A stretch of 63,891 nt of DNA, the filler included, from Octopus bimaculoides (Eukaryota), in the NCBI RefSeq assembly GCF_001194135.2. It is 5 parts of 3 records of this genome, joined end to end, with 100 filler letters (N's around TTAATTAATTAA, not from the genome) between each part and the next. Parts side by side here need not be neighbours in the genome. Positions count along the whole stretch, not along the records: positions 1 to 18,418 come from NC_068984.1; 4 more parts are not named here. One strand, 5' to 3'. Below are positions 1 to 10,995 of the stretch, piece after piece. Below the pieces are notes generated by a model. It worked only from the letters and a program-made list of their open reading frames with translations, had not been told where the DNA came from and made no database searches. The first letter of the stretch is position 1; every line of letters begins with the position of its first letter. The position numbers and the translations under genes are program-made.

Positions 1-48
<48 letters not shown>
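1..48. repeat. (TA)n microsatellite
   Basis: Pure TA dinucleotide run at the window start. Confidence 0.98.
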
Positions 49-54
<6 letters not shown>

Positions 55-1094
55 TTTATAATTTGTGTATTTATGCATGCGCTTGTTTATTTACTAGTGC
101 AATTATTTATTTATTATCATGCTAGTGTCTGTATAATCTAATGCTTTAATAAACTAATATTTCATAGTTTGAATTCTGAATCTTATAACATAAGTAAATC
201 AAAATTAGATATGAATGAAGTACTGGAATCAAAATCATTGCAGCGACATCAATTACAATTTGAATTTTTCAAATATTTATGAAATTGACAAACATATTAT
301 TTATTTAATCACTATAATTATCAACTATTAATAATTAAGTCTACAGCCATAAAGATTGACTTTACTTCTCAGGTTTCTGGGATCAATATTATGAACTAGA
401 AATGAAATACTGGAAGATATAATTCACCTTTTTCCTCCCCCATTTTGTGGATTTGTATTAATGTAAGAAATTATAACGTTTACGGCCCTTTACGTTCTGA
501 GTTCAAATCCTTTCGAGATCAATATAGCCTTTCATCATTTCATGTTGATCATAGAAAGAGTTATATTTCTCGCGCCAGACCCATATAAGCATGCATCCGT
601 TCTCCAAAACAGGAGCGGAACACAGTACAAGACAAAACTAATGTCTTATACAACTGTCCATAAATTAGTGTCACAAAATAACATGGAAGTGGGTATGTGA
701 GTGTCACATCGAAGTGCATTATTACACTTGCCTCTGATTTGTAGTCATCTTTGTAGCAGTAACGAGTGGAAAACATATAACGAAATAAACAGAAATACCA
801 TCTATTCTGGTGGTGTTTGTGGAAACATGCTAATAATGGAGCAAAAAAAAAAGATATATCGAGAAGTTGCATTAAATAGGGGCTTCGAAAAGGAACACTA
901 TAAAACTGATGGTGGGGCAGGGGTAGAAAGTTGAGTGGATTGACGTACAGCAATGAGAGTCATGTGATAGCTTTCTATCCAGAGTCTAGAAAAGTAGAGA
1001 AATTGGAAGGTTGTTATTTAACATAAACAACAATCCCTAAAACCTCTACTGACAACTCTACTGACAACGAATGAGATCACCTTAAACTTAGTGA

Positions 1095-1450
1095 TAGAAA
1101 CCAACGATCAAAATCCCTTTTGGTCACAACCATTAGATCCACTCTTACAACTGGCGACGATTAGGACAATGATAAACCGTCGGGTGTCAGTGGAAGAAAT
1201 GAAAGATTACACCCAAGTAAAAACCAAACTTCAGCGGAAAAGAAGCAGAACGTGCAAAAAAGCAGTCTACCAAAGATAATCAGGAAACGATAAAGTGCAC
1301 ATTCTCAAGAAGATGGACTCAGATTATGTGAAATGTAAGATGCAGGCAACTCACTAGTCAGAATCAGTTACAGGCAATGAACTTTCATACCTTAAGCCTC
1401 ACGAATACATAAGTCTCATCGTACCCACTCTGACACCTCACGGCTTTCTT
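1095..1450 (+). mobile_element. Possible highly degenerate Penelope-like pre-RT fragment
   Basis: Broken frames give QKSSLPKIIRK, KKMDSDYVKCKMQ and LKPHEYISLIVPTL, loosely resembling the PLE region upstream of the RT core. Weak similarity judged by eye. Confidence 0.25.
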
Positions 1451-1618
1451 TGTGAAGCACCAGTGCGTACCTAAATGGAATATATAAAGCAAAGAGTGTG
1501 GGAATCAATGGATGTTCTGAAAAAAAGAATTCCTAAGCATCAGATTTATACCCATATATGGCTATGTCCCTCATTATGTTGAGTATTTGTATTTATATGT
1601 CACTTAATTATATAAATT

Positions 1619-2000
1619 GAGCCGCAATGGCCCAGTAGTTAGGGCAGTGGACTCGCGGTCATAGGATCGCGGTTTCGATTCCCAGACCGGGCGTTGTGAG
1701 TGTTTATTGAGCGAAGACACCTAAAGCTCCACGAGGCTCCGGCAGTGGGGTGGGTGGCGAACCCTGCTGTACTCTTTCACCACAACTTTCTCTTACTTCC
1801 TGTTTCTGTCGTGCCTGTAATTCAAAGGGTCAGCCTTGTCACACTGTGTCACGCTGAATATCCCCGAGAACTACGTTAAGGATACACATGTCTGTGGTGT
1901 GCTCAGCCACTTGCACGTTAATTTCACGAGCATGCTGTTCCGTTGATCGAACCAACTGGAACCCTCGACGTCGTAAGCGACGGAGTGCCAACAACAACAA
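1619..2000 (+). mobile_element. tRNA-derived SINE, near full length, (ACA)n tail
   Basis: tRNA-like head with A box (TGGCCCAGTAGTTAGG) and B box (GGTTTCGATTCCC), ~380 bp body, ends GGAGTGCC-AACAACAACAA. Its 3' ~180 bp is shared with the SINE at 48518-48846. Confidence 0.85.
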
Positions 2001-2440
2001 TTATATATAACAATAATATATGATTTTGAAAATGACATTTTTGTTTATCTGCTTAGGAGTTTCGAATTAGATGTGTTGCTGGGTGTTTTTTTTTTTTTTT
2101 TTTTNNNNNNNNNNTTTTTTTTTTTTTGTTTTTGTGAAAGTCACGGCAAACATAGCGGACTAGTAGTCACATGCTCTTCTCTGCATGGGATAAAATAACG
2201 TTACTTTCAACAATCATTTTAAGTCAATGCTTTGCTAAATAGTGTTGTATAATAATGATGGGGTGGCACAAGAAATGGACAGTGACAGGTGGAACAGATA
2301 ATGCTGAGATTCATCTTGATATTCATGAGTGACAACTTCTTTCTTTAGTTTCAAATTCAAAAAGAAAAAAAAAACTGGAAAAGTTAAGCTTTAATAACTG
2401 AACCTCTGATGTTACCGTCATCTTTACTCTAATCATAGTG

Positions 2441-2539
2441 ATGGTGGTGGAAATAATAGCAGCAGCAGCGGCAGTAGATGTAGCAACAGCAGCAGCAGCT
2501 GTAGTAGTAGTAGTAGTAGTAATAGGAGGAGGAGGAGGA
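2441..2539. repeat. Compound trinucleotide microsatellite (GCA/GTA/GGA)
   Basis: Directly visible; explains the poly-A/V/G and poly-T/P ORFs. Confidence 0.9.
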
Positions 2540-2950
2540 TTATTCAGATTCCAATACCCTGACCTGTCCAAGTATCTAAATTTCTTTCTCGACTCCATTA
2601 TTGAGACTCCATCACTGCAATTGACACTCCTTAAAGCTTTATATCTCTCTCTCCATAACCCTCCATTCCTTCTATCTTTCCACACTCTAATACCTTTCTC
2701 TCTCTTTCACCCTTATCCTCCCGTTCCTACCTCCTTATTATATTCACTGATCATTTTGGTACACTTTCCCTTATCTCTATTTTTGTATTCTTTTTTCCTT
2801 TCTTTTCTTTATTCTTTTTACTATTATCTTCTTTTTTTCTTCCCGTTCTCCCCTTTTTTCCTCTTCCTTTATTCCTCTCTTCCTGTCTTTGATTTGACCT
2901 TACTAATACATTCCCTACTTTTAGGTCACTTAAAACAGAACCCTTGATTC

Positions 2951-4061
2951 AACAACACTGTGTATAAACTCTGTATTTGGAATGACTAATTTCAAAGACT
3001 GTTGGATTTTACTCATATGGTATTGGAATCTCAATAATGGATTTACAATTTGCAGAAAACGGTTTGCAAAATTCAGAAGTGGAGATTTCAACCTTGAAGA
3101 TGAAGATCGAACAGGACGTCCAGTTGAGTTTGATGATAAGCTCCTTGCGGCATTACTTGAAGAAAATCCTGCATTATCAGTTGAAGAAATGACAATAAAG
3201 CTTAGTTCAAACCATACAACTGCTCATCGTCATCTTCAACAACTTGCAAAGATTCCTAAATTTGGAAAAAGGGTGCCTCGTGAATTGTCCGAAACCAACC
3301 CCAAATCCCGTGTTGACATTTGCTGTTCTCTCCATTCTCGCGAACTCATTTCACCCTTTTTCGATAGACTTGTGACTGGTGATCAAAAATGGATCTTCTA
3401 TCGAAATGTTAAATGTCGTAAACAGTGGCTTGGTAAAAGGGAGAAAGATCCAACCACAACCGAGTAGGGAACTTCATGAGAAAAAGGTTCTTCTCTCTAT
3501 CTGGTGAGATTGCAAAGAAGTAATTCGCTTTGAATTGTTACCACCTAATGCAACAATCAATGTTCAAGTCTACTGTCAGCAATTAGAGCGTTTGAATCGA
3601 GCTCTGAAGAAAAAAACCGCTTTAGTGAATCGAAAAGGAGTGATATTTCATCAGGACAATGCGCGACCCCACACTGCAAAGATCATATCACAGAAGATCG
3701 AAAAGCTTGGTTGGGAAAACATTCCTCATCCAACTTATTATCCCGACCTTGCTCCNNNNNNNNNNNNNNNNNNNNNNNNNNNNNNNNNNNNNNNNNNNNN
3801 NNNNNNNNNNNNNNNNNNNNNNNNNNNNNNNNNNATAACTTTTGCAAGCCAGGAGGAGGTCGAAACTGACATTTCAGAGTTCTTAACTTTGAAGCCAAAA
3901 GAGTTTTACATTGATGGGATTAAAAAGCTTATAAATAGATGGAAGGAAGTCATAGATAATCAGGGAAAGTACATTGATGATTAAATTTCAATTAAATATA
4001 ACATTTGATCACTTGTTTTCTTTATTCAAAATTCTGACAGAACTTATGGGATGACCTAATA
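2951..4061 (+). mobile_element. Mariner transposon, 5'-truncated, pseudogenised transposase
   Basis: Motifs INSVFG, RFAKFRSGDFNLEDEDRTGRP, RVPREL (WVPHEL), VTGDQKW, FHQDNARPH, YYPDLAP, GIKKLINRW. Stops at 3465 and ~3505. Right end GACAGAACTTATGGGATGACCTAATA+TA is a mariner-type TIR. The third catalytic D would fall in the N gap. No left TIR found. Confidence 0.92.
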
Positions 4062-4699
4062 TATGTAAATGTATATATGACTGTCTACATATGTGTATGT
4101 CAGTGTGAAATGTGCCTGTGTCTCTGAATGTGTGGACATGCGTATTCGACCTAACCTAGTTTGGGCTTTTCATTAGGAAATCTGAAAAATTTAAAGAACG
4201 ATCAATCACCTTACCAGTTTTAAATATTAATGATTTTTGCTCTCTTTATAAGTATGTGTAAATAAGAAGAATCGACTAAATTCTTGCAAAAAGATTTTTC
4301 TTTCATTTTATCTGTACTCTCATCAAGACAGTAAAAAATGTCATTAGAATTTCATTATTATTTTTTTTTTCCTTTCCAAAACTAGCAGAGACAAATTAGT
4401 TTTGGAGGAGAATTTGTTCCAGATAAAGCGAACTTTAATCTCACTCCTTAAAAAAACTACTGAAAATGTAATTACTACTAGATAAATAATAAAGAAATGA
4501 GAGTATAGAATACCACTATATGGTAGGAAAACAGTTATTTTTTCTTCAATATACATGATACATAAACACATGCATTTATACATGCACACACACAATATAT
4601 ATATATATATATATACAAATTTTAATGCGGGAAGATGGGCTGAACAGATTGTATTAGAAATCACTACAATTGTTTCAACATATCGTTACACCCTATTAA

Positions 4700-5150
4700 G
4701 TCCTCATTTTTTAACTGCCTCAGAGTGCTTGTTAACGATGTCCTCATAATATGATACTTATTGTTTCTTCCAAGCATAGGTTACACGATTTCGTTTGTGC
4801 ATTCTTCGGTCATACATTATGTGTCTCTGACCAACTCATGCTGCAGTACATCTTTTTGTATGTGAGGCTCTAGACTAGATAGTGAATGACGTGAATTGTT
4901 TTTTGTAGGTATTCCTAAATAATGCACTGGGATTCCTCTGGTGGCTTTTGAAGCTGTTGCTAGTTGTTCCTCTATATACATATTCACGCGTTCTTCCAGT
5001 ACATCTGTATACAATGTTTCCAGACATGCTTTTGTATCTCTACAATTACAATTGCAGCTTCTCTTCTGTCAACTCTGTGCTGCATTTCTATATGATTGAA
5101 GGCTATGAATGTTGCACCGCTAACTTTCCCACGGCATAACGTAACGTATT
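4700..5150 (-). mobile_element. Penelope-like element C-terminus (GIY-YIG endonuclease), degenerate
   Basis: Minus-strand frames give CNCRDTKACL, GNIVYRC..REYVYRGTTSNSFKSH, KSCNLCLEE and VNKHSEAVKK. These match the CNC..C-L..IVY / YIGxT / CxLCLxEK / LNKRSE pattern of PLE endonuclease domains. Confidence 0.7.
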
Positions 5151-6451
5151 CTGGAACAGAGAGGGAGAGAGAGCTAGGAGAGGGAGAAAGAGAATGAGAG
5201 GGCTGCAGACAGACAAATGGACGGACAAACAGAATGTGAGAAACCTCTGTATTTTTTGACAAGGAAGGAAAGCAAAGTTGATATTGTGATTTGAACTTCA
5301 ACACACAGAAATCCTAGCTGTTGTTTCACAAGCTACCATTGTCTATTTACGCATAACTTGGTGTTGGGAATTCCTATAATGGATACATACTAGTAAATGG
5401 GAGCCTGATGAGCCTGAGACTCGTGTCATGCTGGATACCCACGCACTTATCCTGTGTCCTCAGTTACAACCCATTACCGATCTGTCCTCATTCACTCACC
5501 CACTCACCTATTCTATATAATATATGTATACACGCGCATTTTGCGCATATGTATGTGTGTTGCTGCTTTAGCCTCTTAGAGCAGGTCTCCGACCAAAAGA
5601 ATCAGTAATAGTCATCTCGATTTTTCCAGTGTGTCCTTTTGGAAGAACGTAGGGTGTGTTTGAGAGAATTTGTCTGATATTTCTAGCAAGTCGAACAAAT
5701 AGCTAAATGTTCCCTCTTTCGGTTGTGAAACATTGTACTTGTTTTCTTTATTGTGCACTTTACACAAGTGTTTCATTATGTTTTTGAAACAAACAAAGGC
5801 GGTCATAGTATTTCAAGTCAATAGCGTCCTTGATTTGGTAATCCAATTCGATATTTAATTTTAATAGTACTTGGGATTAAATACAATTTATAAGACAAAG
5901 ATAATCTCAAAATAGTGACAGTCATTGAAGTGCTATATACAAATTATTCTCATGAAATATCACTCAATCCTTTTTGTCTATTTTGGAGCAAATTATGTTG
6001 ATATCAATTCTGTCAAGTTAATAGTCATTCTTCTCTGAAGTGTCGACTCTATGTCTTCAAAGATAAATCAAAAGGGAACTACAATACACATAAGATTTAC
6101 GATTCCAAACTGATATCTATAAATGTTGGCCTCAAACTTTCTGAATCTTCCTATCACGCAAATTTTCCAAGTGGTTTAGTTGTCTGTAAGTTTCTCCATT
6201 TGTGCTACAATACACGCAAATTTCTCGTCTGACAGCTAAACGTTGTCTATCGAATTTCAAACACCTCAAGGGTTATTAATTAGTACTGACATTGTACATA
6301 AGATTGACAGAAGTCATTTTTCATGGTCCACAAGAAGCTAATTAACTGTTCTTAATTCAAATAAATGATTTGAGCTAAATAAAGGATAAATATCTAATAA
6401 TATAAGATTCTAATGAGTTCTGTGGTCAATAACGTGACATTTTCTGATCAG

Positions 6452-6492
6452 GTATATTCCCAATCGATAATAAGAGATATTATTAACTTCAG
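6452..6492 (+). CDS. Candidate internal exon (chain A), VYSQSIIRDIINF(R)
   Basis: Acceptor ttttctgatcAG, donor CAG/gtaaca. Only the phase 0->2 frame is open. Confidence 0.45.
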
Positions 6493-6758
6493 GTAACATC
6501 AGTTAATGCACAGAACCTGTAAACCGATACCGCACTTCTATATTTTGATACCATGATGAGTTAGAGCTATATGTATTAACCAAAAATAAATTTCCAACAC
6601 ATCCATGTGCAATAAAGCTTTGATACTAAATATATTGCTCTGCAAACAAAACTTTTACTAAAGTTGAAACAATAGAGTTTGAAGAACAAGAAAACAAACT
6701 AGTACTTGTGTTAGTATCAACTTCTCCATCATCGATATGTTTATTATATATTTTTTAG

Positions 6759-6847
6759 GATTCATCTCAAGTGTAAAATTGTCGGTATCAGATATACGAC
6801 CAAATATTCTAAATTACCTTGTATACAATCACCGTACATACATTTCA
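6759..6847 (+). CDS. Candidate internal exon (chain A), IHLKCKIVGIRYTTKYSKLPCIQSPYIHF
   Basis: Acceptor tattttttAG, donor CA/gtgagc. Phase 2->1 continues the previous exon. An alternative donor lies at 6784/6785 in the same phase. Confidence 0.4.
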
Positions 6848-7435
6848 GTGAGCGATTCATTCCTTACACTTGTGTTCAGTCGCTTTCTTCCCGGCAGACT
6901 CTTTAGTTTTTCATAATACGATTCTAGTCTCATATCATGATTATGTCGTTCTTTCTAAATCTCTTCAGCAAACGCTTTCATCTCACTTTCTTCATAATAT
7001 CTCAGTACGTTTCTATCCATTTTATCATACGCTTTTCTTATACTTGTCTCACACTATTTTTAACAATTTGTCTTGTGTGTCTTCGTCATATCTCATAAAT
7101 TTTCGTATATACTTTACATTTGTTTTTATCACACTTCCATTGATCTCTCATTCACCATTTCCTTTTTATCCCGCTCTCCACTTAACAATCCTTTTCTCTC
7201 AAATATTGCTATTATTTTTCTGGATATTCGTATCTTTCAAAATTGTACACTTTTTTTGTTATTTTCTCCACGGTTTTGCAATCTTATTCCGCTAATTCTT
7301 TGTTGTTAAGAACAGGTGGAAACAATTTCTGTTTATAATGCAGACTTCACAAGGTTTTGACTGGATTAGTAGCGCTTTTTACTTTAAATGACGATATGAA
7401 TATCAAAGCCAAACACATTAATAATAATAGTAGCT

Positions 7436-7572
7436 TCTAATTTAGGTACAAAACCAGGAATTTTGAAGAGAGGGATTTTTTGTTGAGGAGGGGACTAGTC
7501 GATTTCATAAACTCCAGTATTTCACTGGTACTTAATATAACGACCCCGAAAGAATGAAAAGCAAAGTCGAAA
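7436..7572 (-). mobile_element. Meta/MESC-like SINE, partial
   Basis: Reverse complement of the GACTTTGCCTTTCATCCTTTCGGGGTCGATAAA.TAAGTACCAG family found repeatedly in this window. Confidence 0.75.
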
Positions 7573-7574
7573 TA

Positions 7575-7792
7575 AAAGCTAATACCCCAGACATAATAGT
7601 CAAGGATTGGGGGAAAAAAACATATGCTTACTGATAGACATTGCAGTCCCTTCTGATCAAAATATTGTCAAAAACGAAATGGAGAAATTGTCGAAGTACA
7701 AAGACATCGAAATTGAAGTATTCAAAATATAGGGTATGAAGATAAAAACAATGCCAATAATAACTGGAGCATTGGGCATGATAAAAAAAGGC
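7575..7792 (+). mobile_element. RLE non-LTR retrotransposon (R4/Dong-like) endonuclease fragment
   Basis: NTPDIIVKDW, then after a frameshift LLIDIAVPSDQNIVKNEMEKLSKYKDIEIEV..MPIITGALGMIKK. This is a PD-(D/E)xK restriction-like endonuclease. Confidence 0.85.
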
Positions 7793-7794
7793 CA

Positions 7795-7866
7795 CGGGCA
7801 TATGGGGTAGTGATTAAGAACGCGGGCTACCAACTCCAAGATTCCCAGTTCGATTCCAGGTAGTGA

Positions 7867-7921
<55 letters not shown>
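7795..7921 (+). mobile_element. tRNA-like SINE head followed by (TAA)n
   Basis: GGGGTAGTGATTAAG...AGTTCGATTCCAGG (A/B boxes), then an ~17-unit TAA array. Confidence 0.65.
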
Positions 7922-7926
<5 letters not shown>

Positions 7927-8322
7927 CCATCTCCCAGTCAAGGACGACCTACTACACTGCTTCCATGACGACGACGACAAATAGATTCCTTAAGTGGACA
8001 ATGCTGATTCGTTGAAGCTGTTAACACATCTCACTTGCAAATGTTTTCTAATTTCGACTGATTTTATTTATTCATTTGTACTTGGTGGTAGTGGTGGTGG
8101 TGAAAAGAGGTCTTCAAAAATATCATGCAAAACAAATGATGGTCTTTCGGTGGGAGGGAGAGGAGATGGACCAAAGCAATTGACTGGAACCAGCAAAAGA
8201 AAAACACACAAAAAGAGAGATCNNNNNNNNNNNNNNNNNNNNNNNNNNNNNNNNNNNNNNNNNNNNNNNNNNNNNNNNNNNNNNNNNNNNNNNNNNNNNN
8301 NNNNNNNNNNNNNNNNNNNNNN

Positions 8323-8356
<34 letters not shown>

Positions 8357-8610
8357 ATGTTATTTTTTCTCTGGTATTCCTGATTAGTTCTTTTGGTTCC
8401 TCGTTCCACATTTATCTATTTATACACTAATTATCTCATCTTCACATGCTCCAAAATCCATGGCACCGAGTTATATCAGAACTTCTAATACAGAATTCCA
8501 TTTAAGCATTGAAAGTTGAAAAACAAAGTCATGGAGAGTTTGGCTAATTCCTGCTATTCTATTGCGTGTCAGATGTATGTTAAACAATCTCTTGATCTCA
8601 TCTTCTTCAG

Positions 8611-8707
8611 ACGTAATATCATTAGTTTTGTGTCAATCCTCCATTGTACTCTCGACCCAGCACAGTTTTCATGAATACAAAAACGATATTTTAAGATATC
8701 AGAATAT
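8611..8707 (+). CDS. Candidate internal exon (chain A), VISLVLCQSSIVLSTQHSFHEYKNDILRYQN
   Basis: Acceptor catcttcttcAG; weak donor AT/gtattc. Phase 1->2 bridges the neighbouring exons. Confidence 0.33.
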
Positions 8708-8792
8708 GTATTCATAGAATAAAAGTAGATGTTACTAGCTTGTCTATCATTGCAATTGAACTGAAGTCACAGAGGAGTAATTTTATTTTTAG

Positions 8793-8918
8793 ATGTGTAC
8801 GACCGATTTCAAACCGCCAGAAATACTGCTACCTCTTTCTAAGGGAGCAATTCGCGGAGTACATGCTCAACCAAATCAATTACTCATTCTCCAGCCAAAC
8901 TCCAGCTGTTTTACAGAG
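8793..8918 (+). CDS. Candidate internal exon (chain A), CVRPISNRQKYCYLFLREQFAEYMLNQINYSFSSQTPAVLQ(R)
   Basis: Acceptor ttttatttttAG, donor GAG/gtgaac. 126 nt, phase 2->2, open. Confidence 0.55.
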
Positions 8919-9195
8919 GTGAACCAATGTAAAGGGAAATAATACCTTCCTTCAATGCTATAAACTTATTAGGAATAAGTAAAATAGTCTCGAATTTCCT
9001 TTAGGTATTAGACTTGTAGAAAGTTAAGTGTAGCATCAACTCAGGCAAACTTGTGTTTCCTTATCTTTAAGGTATATGGATATAAATGAAAATAACCACA
9101 GAAGATTCTTAGGTATGAAATGAACTCATAAGATTAACTAAAGAGATGATAAAGAGAGTCGAAAGTAAAGCAACAATTAAATGCTTTTTTCTTAG

Positions 9196-9283
9196 ATATA
9201 AGGAGTTCAAAGCTAATATGAAGTGGCGAGATAAAGCAGGAGATGAATACTTCTCAGCATTCAGAAAGAAAAAAGATCTACAG
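9196..9283 (+). CDS. Candidate internal exon (chain A), YKEFKANMKWRDKAGDEYFSAFRKKKDLQ
   Basis: Acceptor tgcttttttcttAG; GC-type donor CAG/gcaagt. Only the phase 2->0 frame is open. Confidence 0.55.
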
Positions 9284-9366
9284 GCAAGTTGCAATTTGAA
9301 ATTAAGCGTGTTTAGCTGTCATTTCCAAGTTCATTATAAATTACTTGTGTTTATTTAATGTAACAG

Positions 9367-9394
9367 GATGACATGCTGCCAGTTTCAATTGCCG
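9367..9394 (+). CDS. Candidate small exon (chain A), DDMLPVSIA(G)
   Basis: Acceptor atttaatgtaacAG, donor CCG/gtattt. Phase 0->1; read-through hits a stop. Confidence 0.42.
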
Positions 9395-9458
9395 GTATTT
9401 GCAACAACTGCAGATAGCATTTAATATGCAGCCCAATAAATAATTGTTTATTGTATAG

Positions 9459-9508
9459 GCGTGATACCTGAAGGTTTATGGGTTGAGTTCAAACATATTT
9501 TTAAGCTG
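9459..9508 (+). CDS. Candidate small exon (chain A), VIPEGLWVEFKHIFKL
   Basis: Acceptor tgtttattgtatAG, donor CTG/gtaata. Phase 1->0. The preceding intron would be only 64 nt. Confidence 0.45.
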
Positions 9509-10504
9509 GTAATATCAGTTAATGTGGGAAGCTTGCTCTAATCACGAAGAAAAATTAAGCTCCGACTTGCATAATTAAAACTCAAGAATACTCAACGTTT
9601 TACATTACAAATCTGATAAAAAAGAAAAAGAGAAATACCAATGATTTTTATTTGGGACAAAGTGATGGTTAATTTGAGCAATGTGTTTTCACTGAATTTA
9701 AGGCAAACTCTAACGCACAGTTGATGTTTCTGGAGCTCTACTTCCTGTATGAATTTGATGTCCAAGTGATAAAGATTATATGTAGTACTAAAGTGAAAAT
9801 ACAGAAATTCATGAAAGTTAACTGAAATTTTCTAACAGAAAATAACTTTCACGAAAATTCCAAATTGCATGTATGTATAACAATTTTCAAGAGTTCAAGA
9901 GAGAGAAAGAGACAGAGACGGAGGTGGTTGGCAAAATGGTTCTTTAGGTGTATGGTTGTATTTTCTGGCAACATACTTTCTTTTTCAGAAATATTTAGAA
10001 ATAACTGAAAACCTCACGGACATTACAACTCATTATTCATGGTGTCATTACCAATCATCCTCAGCAACGTCATTATCATCGTGGTCATGTTGAATAGTAT
10101 TATTATCATTATTGTCATCACCACTACCGCCACTACCACCACCATCATCATCATCACTGCCACTACCAATATCATCACCATCGTCATAAATCACCAATAG
10201 CAATTTTCATGTATGACCGAACTGTGTTCAAATGGCCCTATTCTCGGAGACATTTATCTATAGATTGTGTATATTTTAATATTCAATGTTTGGGGCGATG
10301 GTGAATTAACCGAATTAGTACAGAAGAGGACAACAATTTGATTTTTAGTAAGCATCTTCAAACAAACAACAGATATTGCTTTTCATGTTTCCGGAACACA
10401 TCAAACAATTATCCATTGAAATATTGTGGTTTGATATAATAGATTGATTCTTTCTCCAATATGTGTCACCTTGGGGCTATGTCTTTGCTAGAAATCAACA
10501 TTTA

Positions 10505-10832
10505 CCGTATTTGATGGCCTATATGACGCACCTTTTTTTTAAAATCCAAAAATGGCTTTAAAAATCATCCTGCGTCAAATGCACTCAATGTAGGCACAAA
10601 ACTCGCTCAAAACGGTATGTATGTTTTACGAAACGTGTGCTGCCAACTATTGGTATGTTTATATCGAATGTGGATGCAATAAATTGCTTAGAATTACCAG
10701 TAATAACATAAGGTTATACAGGTAAGTGGAGGAATTAAAACGTTATTTTAGTGGTAATTTATTTTACAAAAGCATAGCTTAGGCTAGGGTGCGCCCTATG
10801 TACCCGTGCGTCTTTTCGGCCATCAATTACTG
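10505..10832. mobile_element. Tc2/pogo-like MITE, 328 bp, TA target duplication
   Basis: Left end ta|CCGTATTTGATGGCCTATATGACGCAC; the right end reverse-complements to ta|CAGTAATTGATGGCCGAAAAGACGCAC. Confidence 0.8.
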
Positions 10833-10844
10833 TAATATTGTTTT

Positions 10845-10995
<151 letters not shown>

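Noticed and set aside
1627-1700. tRNA gene calls for SINE heads (also 7800-7865, 48525-48590, 53252-53780)
   Set aside because: A/B boxes are present, but there is no intact cloverleaf and each continues into SINE body sequence.
2918-2935. TTAGGTCA as the left mariner TIR
   Set aside because: Only 8 bp match the right TIR, and it is too close to the coding remnant to leave room for the missing N-terminus.
2323-2947. Poly-A/V/T/P and hydrophobic ORFs (also 7657, 10759, 12293, 13821-14322, 17972, 38189-38730, 57077-57710, 58758-59425, 60146-61029)
   Set aside because: Translations of microsatellites and low-complexity tracts.
4774-5139. Apparent + strand exons with strong acceptors at 4773 and 4908
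   Set aside because: They are the antisense of a Penelope-like GIY-YIG remnant, which explains the open frames better.
6002-6235. 78-codon Met-less open frame with a TCT/gtaagt donor
   Set aside because: Its phase-1 end does not join the 6452 exon, and the only bridging exon needs a 50-nt intron. Left unassigned.
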